Shown: piece by piece, positions 1 through 12,379 of the stretch | Position numbering within the stretch: the first letter of the stretch is position 1 | How the letters are laid out: each line of letters starts with the position of its first letter | NCBI RefSeq assembly: GCF_006345805.1 | Contig: NC_042999.1 | Location: 99,758,001 to 99,822,000 of the forward strand | Length of the DNA stretch: 64,000 nt | Reading direction: 5' to 3' | Source of the DNA: Octopus sinensis | Taxonomy: Eukaryota | Notes under the pieces: generated by a model | Database searches by the model: none | What the model was told of the DNA's origin: nothing | Seen by the model: only the letters and a program-made list of their open reading frames with translations | Made by a program: the position numbers and the translations under genes

Positions 1-130
1 CTTGGTAGGATTTGAACTCAGAAGGTGGGGGAAAATGCTGCAAAGCATTACATCCAGCTCGCTGACGATTTAGCGAATCCACGACCCGAATGATAACAAC
101 AACAACAAAAATAATAATAATGATAATGAT

Positions 131-337
131 CCGTTTTACTGTGGGCACAAGCCGGCATTTTGGGATATGAGGCTAGACAAATATATTGACACCAGCGCTA
201 AACTGTTACTTTATTGACCCTGAAGGATGAAAGGAAAAGTCAGCCTCTGGGAAATTTGAACCGAGGACGTAAGGACGGACAAAATAGTGCTAAGTATTAA
301 GTCCGGCGTACTATGTATTCTACGAGGTCGCCGTCTT
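131..337 (-). mobile_element. tRNA-derived SINE, family A (degenerate copy)
   Basis: Reverse complement matches the family A body seen at 4298-4510 (GATGAAAGG-AAAGTC, AATTTGAAC B-box region); flanked by (TAA/TAT)n. Confidence 0.7.
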
Positions 338-350
338 CTTAATAACAATG

Positions 351-400
<50 letters not shown>

Positions 401-402
<2 letters not shown>

Positions 403-610
403 GCGAACAGGTAGCAGAATCATTAGCACGCCGGACATATGCTCAGTGGTATTTCGCCCGTCGCTACTTTCTGGATTCAAATTTCCGAGGTCGACTTAGC
501 CTTACGTCCTTTCGGTGTCGATTAATTAAGTACCAGTGAAACACTGGGGTCGATGTAATCGACTAGTCTCCTCCCCACAAATTTCAGGCCTTGTGCCTTT
601 ATAGAAAGGA
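401..610 (+). mobile_element. tRNA-derived SINE, family A
   Basis: GCAGAATCATTAGCACGCCGG head, TTCAAATTTCCGAGGTCGAC, ACTGGGGTCGATGTAATCGAC, GGCCTTGTGCC end; (TAT)n on both sides. Confidence 0.85.
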
Positions 611-842
611 TTATTATTATTATTATTATCATCATTATTATTATTATTATTATTATTATTAATAATAATAATAATAAATGTTTTTCTACCTTTTTACCCT
701 TGAGTAACACTTAAAATAAATTACATGTCTCATGGAACCTCTGCACAAAAAATTATATACCATATCTTTCTCATGTATTTTTCATCTTAGTTCACATGGT
801 AAATATTACAAATATATATAATATATATAATATATATATAAT

Positions 843-878
<36 letters not shown>

Positions 879-879
879 G

Positions 880-995
880 TGAGAATTTAGAAAAAATAAC
901 AAAGGACGAAGTCGGATGTGTAAAGAACAAATAGATGTATTAGTTTAACGCTCGGGAAGTGAGAAACTCTTTTATGTTTCGATCCTATGCTCTTG
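880..995 (-). mobile_element. Degenerate Penelope pLTR-like non-autonomous element
   Basis: Similar to 31976-32140; minus strand reads GTCCAAGAGCATAGGATCGAAACATAAAAGAG, a decayed version of the hammerhead-like motif; follows a (TA)n(CA)n tract. Confidence 0.45.
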
Positions 996-1149
996 GACAC
1001 TCAGTGGCTGCTATATTTTTTGATGACATATTAAATAGGTTAGATAGGATGATATCTATATTACAATATTACAATTACCAATTATTTGTTGTGCATGTAT
1101 AGTAATATAACAATCATGAAATTAGCATTAGCTTATCCCTTTCTCGCGA

Positions 1150-1211
1150 AACCCCTAGGAGACTTTTCCGGAGACCTCGGGTTCTGAAGGACCTCGGTTG
1201 AGAAACGCTGC
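1150..1211. mobile_element. Possible hAT-type MITE terminus
   Basis: Ends in GGTTGAGAAACGCTG, resembling hAT/Charlie-type TIR ends, with GGAGACCTCGG-like subterminal repeats; partner TIR not found. Confidence 0.3.
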
Positions 1212-1622
1212 TTGCAAAAACATATATGCTTCTGTTTGGGAGCGTTAGTGAATCTCGATTCGGGTTGACGGTTCACAAGCAGTGTTCTTTTAAAATTCGG
1301 CGAAAATTACCAAATAAAGGAAAGAAAGTATAGTTTCTTTAGCCACTGGATCCTATATATAAAGGAGCCGTTGAGGTAGCGAACCACGAAAAGTGGTTGG
1401 AATTCCCTAAGCGACGAGTGGGTCTCTGCGTGCGCGCACGTTTGTACATATGTTTGTGTGCGCGTGCACGTGCGTTGTGTGTGTATGTGTTTGTGTCTAT
1501 TGGTGGCAATGTCGTCGTTTATATTATGATTTTTACTCTACAAGTTCTTGGTCGTTTTACAGAAGACTTACGAGTGTAACAAGTAACATACTTGACTATA
1601 AGCATTGTAACACACTTTAATC

Positions 1623-1636
1623 CAGTAGTAGTAGTC

Positions 1637-1667
<31 letters not shown>

Positions 1668-1815
1668 CGGCAGCGGTGGTGGTGGTGGTGATGGTAGAAG
1701 TAGTCGTAGCAGCAGCGGCAGTAGTGGTGGTGGTGGTAGCGGCGGCGGCGACAGCAGAAGTAGTGGTGGTAGTAGTAGTAGTAGTAGTATTAGTAGTAGT
1801 AGTAGTAGTAGTAGA
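1623..1815. repeat. Compound trinucleotide microsatellite (GTA)n/(GGT)n/(GCA)n
   Basis: Directly visible; source of the poly-V/poly-T/poly-L ORFs in the track. Confidence 0.95.
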
Positions 1816-2217
1816 GAAGATCCAATCCAATATCTAGCTTGGATGGGTTTACAGCTGGTAAGCACATAAGATAATTATTCTGGAGTTCCCACGTTTTTCC
1901 CCATTCACCGCTACCTGTGTGAATAATGACATTAGTTCAGTGGATTGAAAAATTTAGAAATAACGTGGAACAAAATTGGCATTTGATGTTTTTGATTGCG
2001 CCGTTTAGGTTCTGAGTTCAAATCAATCCAGGATCGATTTTTCCTTTCATCATTCTGTGGGTCGAATAAAATAATGTAACTGTCAAATAACGAAGTCAAT
2101 GTAACCGAGCATTAGAAGGAACCGTGGTTTTGTGGTAATATTTGAAATCGGAAATGCTAAGTATTTATGACATTATATACATATATACATACATGAATGC
2201 ATACATGCATACGTATG

Positions 2218-2375
2218 CGAGTCTCCATTCAGTTTCCGTCTACCAAATCTACTCACTATAACCCTGGGCTAACAGGGTTATAGCACGAGACACACAAGGT
2301 ACCACGCAGTGGAACTGAACTAGGAACCATGTGTTTAGGATGCAATTTTCTTATCACTGAGCTTCGCCTACGCCC
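2218..2375 (-). mobile_element. tRNA-derived SINE, family B (5' part)
   Basis: Reverse complement matches the head and core of 24441-24840 (CAGTTTCCGTCTACCAAATC, CACGCAGTGGAACTGAAC). Confidence 0.8.
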
Positions 2376-3559
2376 TGTTAATAATGATAGTTGAAATATG
2401 TATAAAAGCAGAAAACGAATTACTAGGATTTGAATATAGTCGATTAAACGAATCTCAATACTTGACTGGCACTTAATATTATCGAACACACAAAGTGCAA
2501 TATATATATATACCGAAATACAATTTTGTTTGGCGGTTTAAGTTCTGCCAATCCAATACCAAAGCCAATATTAATAATTCTGGTATTATACCAACTAATT
2601 TATAAGCGCGTGTCTACTTGGAAAAGATAAAACATAGAAATGATGGAAAAATTCTAAAAGATATGTACAGAATAGTAAAATTAATAGTAAGATTAATAAT
2701 CAAAAAAACATAAGTATGTCTATTCATATCCAGGTAATAAACTATAGTTTCAATATAATAACTTAGAAGATAAGTGGAGTGAAAAGACCTGCTGGAAAAT
2801 CCAAATACCAGGTGGGTCTAGAAAGCGTTTAATAATGCAGCATGTGAAAGAGATAATTTGAAAAATTTACATTGACATGTTTGTATGCTAACCTGTATGA
2901 TTGTGCGCGTGAGTGCATAAGTCCGCACTCATACATACAAAGAAACACATACACACACAAACACAAACACACACACACACACACACACATGTATGTATGA
3001 CAGCATGTAGCTATATCTATCAATCTATTTATCTGTATCTATTTCTCCACTCTCTCCTCTCTCTCTCTCTCTCCTCATCTTTCTCCTCCTCCTTTGTCTC
3101 TCCGTCTTTCTATGTATATATATAAACACACATGTATGTTTGTGCATGTATATATATATAGAGAGAGAGAAACTAAAAGACAGATAAATATAGATTTATA
3201 GGCATAGATTTCAAAAGTATATATAAAAATATATATTTGTGTGTGTGTGTGTGCAGCTATGCATGTATCTACGCACACATAGACACATATATATATATGC
3301 ACTCACACAACGGAAGTAGATATCTACGGATTAGTGCTCAGATCAGATCGGATTCCTAAAATCCAGTGCCAAATATTTGAGGACGTAATCTAAGTAAAGG
3401 AAAGTTGGCTACAAGAAACGCAAGGTTCGAGCTACTGAAATCGAAGAGGATACAAATGATGTACTGACAGTCATATACGGCATGAAAGTATTTATAAATA
3501 ATTTACACAATTAAACATGAAAATATAATCAATCGGAAATCAGGAAGATAGTCCATAGT

Positions 3560-3900
3560 AGTTCATCAAAAATAAGTAGACACCCAGATTTCATACGCGC
3601 AGAAAAACAAGTACTAAAATGAAAGTTACAAGGAATCATGGGAGGCACATGAAGCATATCAATAACAGTGCAAATCACTTTCAGGAAGTTGTAGGTCTTG
3701 TTGCTAGATCCACAAAATCCTGTCTGAAGGCTGGCGACCTTTGGAAAGTCTGAAATTGGCTTACCATGTTTATAGCAGAGACAAATGAGAGACAGATTGA
3801 AGTTTTACGCCTAGGCAGTAATAAAATAATATAATCATTGCATGACTAACACCTTTGGTTAATCCATGTATTGTGTGGTATCTGTCTGTATAGGGAAAGT
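3560..3900 (+). pseudogene. Highly decayed R4/Dong-like LINE fragment
   Basis: Frame-hopping translation gives HGRHMKHI ... LKAGDL ... CGICLYREST, in the order of the HG.Y, WL..GDLK.E and CxxC motifs of R4/Dong ORFs. Confidence 0.35.
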
Positions 3901-4297
3901 ACATTTAGGTTTTTATTTTTTTTCGTGGTGGTGGAACGTAGTCAGATGGAGGAAGTAGTTTTCATAGCTTTTCCCGGAGACTCCGAGACATGTTGTGGGA
4001 AGAGAGAAAGATATCTGAAAACTACATATTTGGCCCGAATAATTGCAATGAAGTTCAAGTGGCACGTGGTAGTGCTAAACTGGGCGATGGTTTATATCTA
4101 CCACTAAAAATATGATGTTGGCTAAAAGGAGTCGAAAATTACTTAATGACACGAATTGTGGATTGGCATCATTTAACGGCGGGATTATCGATGGAGGAAA
4201 CTGTAGTGGTGGTGGAGAAACTGTGGTGATCCTTTTTTTCTTTTTCTTTTTCCAAAATTTTCTAAAGTGTTTAATGTGCTGGTAATATTACTTAAAT

Positions 4298-4510
4298 AAG
4301 GCGGCGAGCTGGCAGAAACGTTAGCACGCCGGGCGAAATGCTTTACGGTATTTCGTTCTGAGTTCAAATTCCGCCGATGTCGACTTTACCTTTCAACTTT
4401 TCAGGGTCCATTAAAATAAGTACCAGTTACGCACTGCGATCGATGTAATCGACTTAATCTCTTTGTTTGTCCTTTCTATGTTTAGCCCCCTGTGGGCAAT
4501 AAAGAGACAA
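4298..4510 (+). mobile_element. tRNA-derived SINE, family A
   Basis: AAGGCGGCGAGCTGGCAGAAACGTTAGCACGCCGGGCGAAATGC head with A-box-like TGGCAGAA and B-box-like GAGTTCAAATTCC; multiple similar copies in window. Confidence 0.9.
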
Positions 4511-4676
4511 ATACTCCTTCTTGTCTTGTTCATGGTAGTGTTTTTGTTAATGAGAGAATGTTGACTGACTGGTAGAAATAATTGCATAGTAGTTGGACTT
4601 TTAGTGATCACAGAATTAGTTAATCTCTAAGTTATTTTGGAGGATTGCCATTAATTACATTAATATATATCCACAG

Positions 4677-4878
4677 TGAAGGCGCATGGCTCAGTGGTTA
4701 GAGCGTCGAGCTTACCATCGTGAAGTTGTGAGTTCGAATCTCGGACCGGGCTGCATGTTGTGTTCTTAAGCAAGACATTTTATTTCATGTTGCTCCAGTT
4801 CAATCAGCTGTAAAAATGAGTTGTGATGTCACAGGTGTCACGCTGTATCAGCTTTTGCCTTTCCCTTGAATAACACTC
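4677..4878 (+). mobile_element. tRNA-derived SINE, family C
   Basis: A box TGGCTCAGTGG, B box GTTCGAATC, followed by TGTGTTCTTAAGCAAGACATTTTATTTCATGTTGCTCCAG body shared with 24906 and 34008. Confidence 0.85.
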
Positions 4879-4883
4879 CCCCC

Positions 4884-4927
<44 letters not shown>

Positions 4928-6470
4928 GTATGCTAACACACACACGTAGGCATATACATGCCATCACAGGCACGTACACATGCGTATAGAAACGTACAGG
5001 CGCGTTGTTATCATATGCGTATGGGTTGTTTAAGTAAGCATGGTCAGTTAGATATCGTCTATCTCAAACAAGCTATAATTAAACCCAGAGTTGGTGGATT
5101 CGCATCAAAGCTCCAGTAACGTTTTAAAAGAAGTCACTAAAAAGAGGGGAAAATCACAGCTAAAGCTGTCTGAGCGGTGGTCTCCTCGATCAGGACTGAC
5201 CTAAAACCTACCAAGACAGTTTTCAAAATATAACCCATGAGCACGCATTGTGACTGTTTTATATGTTGCTATTTTGTGCAGCTGTGTGCGTACATAATTA
5301 TTGATGTATATGAGTCAGTATGTTGTATATGCGTATGCACATGCATATTCATTGTATATTACTGGTGTCGGTGATGAGTATTTCAGTTATATGATCTACT
5401 GAACTACGTTATATTGTGATGTAAGCAGTTGAATATTTCACAATAATGTTAACCTCATCCAGAATTAATTACAAGTAGAATATATTCCACGGATATCCAC
5501 AAGTTTTACGTATACAATGCCTATTTTCTCTGTTTTATGCCTTTTGTTTTTCAGTGTCACCCGTATTTTCATCGAAAATATGGTAGATGAGAATCACCCA
5601 ACGTGCGTCGCGTGGGTCTATGCCGTCACCGAATGATTATGCATATATTGCAAAGTAGAAAGAATTACTCACCGCCACATAACCATTACACACACGCTCG
5701 CGCGCGCATTCTCTCTTGTGCAAACACACACACATTCAACTATGGTAGAAACCACTAGCTCATACAAGCTTTCAAGTGACGACTAAAGAAGCAAATACGT
5801 AGACACCCACACACATGCACGCACGCACGCACACTCTCACACACACACAACACAAATAGTCAAATACACACCGTTTTTCATACTCGGACTTAAATTCTGA
5901 ATCTAATAGAATGAAGGATGTTTTACTGAGAAAAATGTTGGACTCTGGTCCAAAACTGAACTAGATTGATATGTTATTTATTTTTCCACGCTGTCTGGTG
6001 AAATAAGATAATGTAGAATTAAGGGCATTTTCTAAAAGCAAGGAGAAACGTCATCTCTGCATGGCAATACATGATGTGGGAATATATTCCAGAAGGTGCT
6101 GCAAAAACTCTTAAATTCACCATTTTTGGTAAGCGTTTCAACGACAAATTCACGGTGAACACCGGTTAAATCTATGATGCCGATTGAAAGAAAAATAAAG
6201 CATAAAGGTAACTGAAAATTAAAACTGTGACATAAAGACACTGTAACCATTTACATACTTCCCTAGCGAAAGGGTGCGACCTAAAAACCAATGGGGCAAT
6301 TTTCTGCCTCCCCCTGTAATACACCTTAATGACTTGGATAAATTCCATCGAACAGGCAAATGTATTTACAGGATTCTATATGAAAGCGACTTTTTTTTAG
6401 CTCGTTTTATGTTATATTCCCAACAGACGTTAGCGCACATATTTCATATTCCATGGTTATATAAATATAA

Positions 6471-6483
6471 ATGTGTGTGGATG

Positions 6484-6538
<55 letters not shown>
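6471..6538. repeat. (GT)n microsatellite
   Basis: Directly visible. Confidence 0.95.
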
Positions 6539-6544
<6 letters not shown>

Positions 6545-6558
6545 GTGTATTCTCAAAC

Positions 6559-6630
6559 AAGAACACTATCGACAGTGACATCGAAGTTAAATTGGCCGAA
6601 CATTCGAAGGTCACTGTCGATAGCGTTCTT
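6559..6630. ncRNA. Pre-miRNA-like stem-loop (candidate)
   Basis: AAGAAC/GTTCTT (6 bp), one mismatch, CTATCGACAGTGAC/GTCACTGTCGATAG (14 bp perfect), TCGAA/TTCGA (5 bp), GTT/AAC (3 bp), 10-nt loop. The fold is certain; RNA function is unproven. Confidence 0.35.
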
Positions 6631-6640
6631 TTTTAAAAAT

Positions 6641-6747
6641 TATATATATATATATATAATATTATATATATATATATATATTATATATATATATATAATA
6701 TTATATATATATATATATATAGATATATATATATATATATATTATTA

Positions 6748-6781
<34 letters not shown>

Positions 6782-6799
6782 ATTTTTAAAAAAGAAAAT

Positions 6800-6863
<64 letters not shown>

Positions 6864-6884
6864 TATATATATATATATATATAA

Positions 6885-6947
<63 letters not shown>

Positions 6948-6965
6948 ATTTTTAAAAAAGAAAAT

Positions 6966-7029
<64 letters not shown>
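6641..7029. repeat. Interrupted (TA)n array with two inverted copies of its own left flank
   Basis: AATTTTTAAAAAAGAA at 6781 and 6947 is the exact reverse complement of TTCTTTTTTAAAAATT at 6626-6641. Confidence 0.9.
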
Positions 7030-7206
7030 AGGCGGTGCTACAGTATGGCTGCAGTTAAATTACTGAAACAAGTCACAGAATATAAGGATATATAAATGTG
7101 TGTGTGTATGTGTATGTATGTATGTATGTATATATGTGTGTATGTATGTATGTATGTATATGTATGTGTATGTATATGTATGTATGTATGTATATATGTA
7201 TGTATG

Positions 7207-7370
7207 TAAGGTGAGGCAGCAGCATCGTTACTTCGCCGGCCAAAATTCCTCAGCATTTTGTACGCCTTTATATTCAGAGTTCAAATTCCGCCGATGACAA
7301 CTTTACTATTCGTCTTTTAAGGATCAATGAAATAATATTAGTTGAACACTGAGGTGGGTGTAAGTGGCAC
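7207..7370 (+). mobile_element. SINE family A, degenerate
   Basis: CAGAGTTCAAATTCCGCCGATGACAACTTT matches the family A B-box region. Confidence 0.7.
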
Positions 7371-7439
7371 GGACCTGTAAGAAATTCATTCAGTGTATCA
7401 TGGCATGGAGAAAAATTGTCACTGTAGACTATACACAAA

Positions 7440-7615
7440 ATGGCTGCAGCCCACTGACTGAAACCATGTTATTGAATCATTTTTTTTTACCGGTTTCACA
7501 TTGTTAAACTATCGTAAAAATAGCAATTTTTCCCCAGGGCTACTTCGGTCTCGGAAGGTTTTTCCCACATCCGAGTGCTAGATGATGTTGCCCATGTTGG
7601 TATATATTTATATAT

Positions 7616-7675
<60 letters not shown>

Positions 7676-9340
7676 CGCATACACACATATACACACAATT
7701 AAAACAAGAGCTACCTATAATTTGGTACTAGATGTTACCTTAAATTGGTGGATTTATATAACATGTGGTATATCTCCAAGCAACCTTACAGGCATAACTA
7801 TTTGATGCATTTGTATATGGCATAGATTTCTTAATTTCATTGTATGTTATGTGCATTTACTCTTCGCATCCCATACATGACTAGCCAACCTTGTTGCCTT
7901 ATTTTTGTCACTGTGTCGGAAACAAAACTGTTGTTTGCATAACGGCTTTAAAAATACCTTCGCATAAACTAATGTAATTTTTTTCTCAATTATATTGTTT
8001 TGGAACATTGCTGTAACTTTGGTTTCATAAACAATTGCGTTTATTAAACACGCCTGATCAAGAAGGCAAAATCCAGCGTCTTACCAGTTATAATTGGGAT
8101 TTGGCTCTTCATGTGACTTATGAGTGATAATGTCCTTCGTATTAGGGCAGGAGATGTACGAAATGTTTACCGAGCGTCTATTAAAAGTCTTCCTGTATTT
8201 GTGGTTTGTTGGAAAATGCTTATTTAATAATACCGGGAATTTGTTGCCTAGGTTAGTTTTAATATTTAAGGAGAAAGTGGAGATAAACCATACTATTTTC
8301 CAAGGAATATTTTTATGCATATTTTTAACAGAATGGTTATATAATATCATATCTTTGAAGCCGCTTTTAGCTAGAATACTCTTATAGCGTGGGGCTGCTT
8401 TATTAGAAATTTCCTTTGAAGAGGATAGATTAGATATCCTAGTACTGATGTTAGCTATTAAGTTTTTAAACACTATTTGGCGGTAATGAGGCTGGCAGGA
8501 CTGCTTATGTATATACGTGAGCTTCTCATTAGGTTTATAAGAAGGTTTATAAGAACTTGAGTTTAAGTCAAGAGAAACATCTAAGTAATTTTGAGGCCTA
8601 ACTGACTAGAAGTGTACATGAGTTTTTTCTTAAATTTATTGTGTGTATGTCCACCACAGTCGTAAGTTATGCTCAAACCATCGTTACGGTATAAACCAAT
8701 GTCGTGGGTTTGGAACTTAGATCTCAAAATGTCTGTTCTATAGAGACCTACAAGATCACAGTCCAGGTCTATGTGATCAATATTAACATATTTTTTTGCG
8801 AACCGAAACGTCTTATCTAACAACGATCTCGATATCGAGGAATAATAATCTACAAAGTCAAACTGCTCTATGCTTATCTTTTAAATTCCTAAACCAATGT
8901 ATGGCTGTGCTGGTATTTGCTCATTGTTATAGTTTAGTAGTCTCTTTAATTCTGATATTAATATGTCTCTTATTTTTTTTAGCTACTAAATCTATTACAG
9001 TTCTGGCTAGATTTAAAATCTGCAAGAGGGCTTATAATTGGAATTGGGTTTGCAATCTTTTAAAGTAATAAAATCTTCTCGTGTAGCTAAGCATGCTAAC
9101 CTATCAGTAATTTTACCTCGTTTAGATAGGAATTTAGCCTCACCGATAATATCATTGTTTCTACCTATGTTAACTTACCTATATTTAGAGAAAGGGTGTC
9201 GTCGTGCAGTAATTTGTCATTAAAATCAGTATTGACTACATACAGATTATTAGTCTCGTCAGAAAATACAAATTTGTCTATAGACTTTTAAATTTTCTAA
9301 AATCAGATTTTAGTTTGGCTTGAAAAGGGTTATACCACTT
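7440..9340 (-). mobile_element. Penelope-like retroelement (PLE): decayed RT, linker, GIY-YIG endonuclease and 3' pseudo-LTR; (TA)n tract at about 7605-7700
   Basis: Minus-strand peptides: NPFQAKLKSD (RT N-term), EDFITLKDCKPN, QFDFVDYYSSI, DLVGLY..DIGLYRNDGL (YRDD motif), ISNKAAPRYKSILAKSG, NIKTNLGNKF.VLLNKHFP.NHKYRKTFN...NISYISCPN, CLLDQACLINAIVYETKVT...YISLCEGIF..SRYAN...FRHSDKNKATRLASHVW (GIY-YIG). Many stops and frameshifts. Confidence 0.9.
7488..7537 (-). ncRNA. Degenerate minimal hammerhead ribozyme motif in PLE pLTR
   Basis: Minus: CTGGGGA-AAAATTGCTATTTTTACGATAGTTTAACAATGT-GAAA-CCGG-TA; palindromic ACCGGT stem III, ATTG/CAAT and CTAT/ATAG stem II; core A6 mutated and stem I weak. Confidence 0.45.
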
Positions 9341-10574
9341 ACACATCTTTATGTACAAACATATATACATATACCTATGTATATATGTATACATATACAC
9401 ATTTATACATGTATACATATATATATGTATACACATGTATACATATAAGTTTGTATATATGTATATGTATACACACATATACACACATGCATATATGAAT
9501 GCACTTATGTAGGTATTTACGTATGTATGTATCATCATGTTCACGTTATCTTCAAAATCTTAGTCAATGTGCGTTAGTCAATCTTTGAACATCACATTGA
9601 ATAAAAAGCCACCGTTGCATGATTTAAGCAACTGCTAACAAAATCACAATAAGTATTAATCTTTATATGTATATTGCTTCCTTTGTTCAGCCAACCTTTT
9701 CTTATTAGCTAATTGAATACTCATATATATATATAATATATATATATATATATACATACATATATAAGCGCGTGTGTTTGAGTGTGCGTGCCCTTGCACA
9801 CAAGCATTTTCTTGTTTTTCTTGTTATGTCTGTAGCCTACAGCACATTATTTTCATTGTAACTATTATTATCATGTCTAATATTGCTTTTCTATTAATTT
9901 ATTTCACTCTGTTTTTACAAAATGCGATTATGTCAAGTTATCTGCTTATAACTGCTAGATTAGAAATTAAGAAATTTTACCCGAAAGATTACATTTAAGC
10001 TTCAAATTGAAGCTAGTTTAAATATATTTACTTGTCTCTGATTGTTTTCACCTCTTTAGTGTGAGTTTTGCATTTTTCTATCGCCACAGCTGATATAGAC
10101 ATCCGAAGACATAGAACTCTGTGAATCCACCGAAGAGTTCGAACAGTGGTGACTTGTAACTCGCAGTTTGTTTTATCTATCATCGTAGACTCAGCTATGA
10201 TCACGATACTTAAATGTGAAACAAACCAATGTAGATGAAAATAGGTCAGGAAATTACTAAGCAGTTCAGCACTGCAATGTTAGATTCCTGCATGCAAATC
10301 CTCGTATCTTGAGAAGTTTGCTAAGCTGCCTACGCAAGAAATATTACAAGACGGATGAAATAGGCTCAACGATGCTCCATATCGTGCTCACCATGATGGC
10401 ATACATGACAATTTGGTTTCTATCCCATCATATATGTATTCATACTATGATATGATACAATCTTGGCAGATCATTTCATCTTACTCATGTTATGTCTAAA
10501 AAGCACTCATGATATAATATATAATATATATATGTGTCTGTGCGTATGTTTGTGTGTATTATATATATACATCT

Positions 10575-10648
10575 ATGATTATTATATATATATATGTATA
10601 TGTATATATATATATTTGTATGTTTGTTTGGATATATATATATATATA

Positions 10649-10695
<47 letters not shown>

Positions 10696-10797
10696 ATTAA
10701 ACTGATGATAAATAAACACATATATACATATATACACATATATATACACATATATATACACATATATATACACATATATATACACATATATATACAC

Positions 10798-10842
<45 letters not shown>

Positions 10843-10869
10843 TATATATACATATATACACATATATAT

Positions 10870-10908
<39 letters not shown>

Positions 10909-11020
10909 TATATATAAATATATATATATATAATATATATATATATATAAATATATATATACATATGTATGTATTTGTGTATATGTATGTGTGTATGTGT
11001 ATGTGTCTGTGTTTGTATTA
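10575..11020. repeat. Complex (TA)n/(TACA)n array with 12-bp CACATATATATA higher-order units at about 10735-10800
   Basis: Directly visible. Confidence 0.9.
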
Positions 11021-12379
11021 TATGTATGCATGCGCACACATAAGATTTAATCATACTCTCACGACGTTCAACTGTTACTCTCCCTTCCCCGTCTTGTGCT
11101 AAATTTGTCTCTTATAGCAATCAGATTGTTTGCCACGTAATTTGTTTATTAAATATAAAGAGTTTCGCAAAAGAAAGCAGCAATTTTCATTGATTTTATA
11201 GAGCACAAATAGCTTAATGAAAATGTCTTAACCCAAAAATCAAACCTGGGTCATGATCCTGGTTCACAGCGATCTCACTAGCTACACTAATATGTTCAAT
11301 ATTACTATTGATATATATATATATTAGGAGCTACTTTCACGCCGACTTTACAGTACAGATTATGAATATTACAATATTTTCTTCTTTTCAAAATAAAAGG
11401 TACTATTCTCCATTTGTTTTATAAAAGACTTCGCGGTCCCCTGGCCGTGCTGTCTTAAACTATAACAGGGAAAACTGGAAATAAAACAAGTTAATGCTTT
11501 TAAAAAAAAATAATTATTACAATATTTAGTTTCTTCCCTCTAATTTTTGAGTTCAAATAACAGAGTCAGATGAACAATTTATCCCTACTAAGCTATGTGG
11601 CAGATATGTCTTAGGAGTTGATTTATGGACTAGATCTTTCCCTACATCTTGGTTATTTGCCAGTGTGATAATTTGATATTTATTGCTTTAGGCACAGTTG
11701 CTGTAGGTATAAATTTAACAGATGTAGCGAGCCAAATTCATCTCTGGTACTTAGGGTCATCCGGCAGTTGAAAGGCCAAGTTGATCAGGGCAAGTTTTAC
11801 GCACAGAATAATGGAAGATATATTGGCAAAGAAGCCAGTCTGGTGCAACACCGATCATGGAAATATTTACGTAAGTCCCATAGACGAAATAATTACAAAC
11901 TGTTGTTGCTTAGATAAAAATGAAACTTGATTGTTGTTTTAGGGGTACGTAAGACTATAATATCAAATGTGTCACTTTCTTATTTAAGACGGTTGGGTAA
12001 ATTTCGAAAAAGGCTTCTGAACTTATTTCTAACATGTTGAACGTGACCGCTTAACTTGCTTCCATGATTGGCTTGTATAAATTGGTGTAATATTCTGCGA
12101 AAGATTGAATATATTTCAATCTTCGTACTTTTCACGAACCTGTGTGCTGAAGTGGTGAATTTAACTGATATAATAGACACTACACTGGTTTCACCTCACA
12201 GTTCTCGAGTCAAATAAAAAATAATTCTTTTGATTCACATTTCGTTGAGATTCTTTTACATCACTTAAAAACACATGTGCAAACGGTCGATATGTCCGAG
12301 ATAACATTTTGTTAATCAGATTACAATTTTTTAGATGATCAACCTCATTTTAGACATAAACTATTTCCTCAATATTGGT

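Noticed and set aside
1350-1470. TATATAAAGG followed by CpG-rich sequence, promoter-like
   Set aside because: TATA-like words are ubiquitous here and the CpGs belong to a (GC/GT) microsatellite.
5555-5636. Strong plus-strand acceptor with frame VTRIFIENMVDENHPTCVAWVYAVTE*
   Set aside because: Short, no homology, other frames closed, and no supporting neighbouring exon; could be a UTR exon but unsupported.
10090-10150. Protein-like frames after a pyrimidine tract (TSEDIELCESTEEFEQW; ADIDIRRHRTL*)
   Set aside because: The frame using the first AG stops quickly, and the attractive frame needs a weaker downstream AG.
11807-11870. Apparent exon (cag|...TTTAC|gtaagt) with two open frames
   Set aside because: Overlaps a decayed minus-strand family A SINE (about 11730-11860); splice-like signals are probably incidental.
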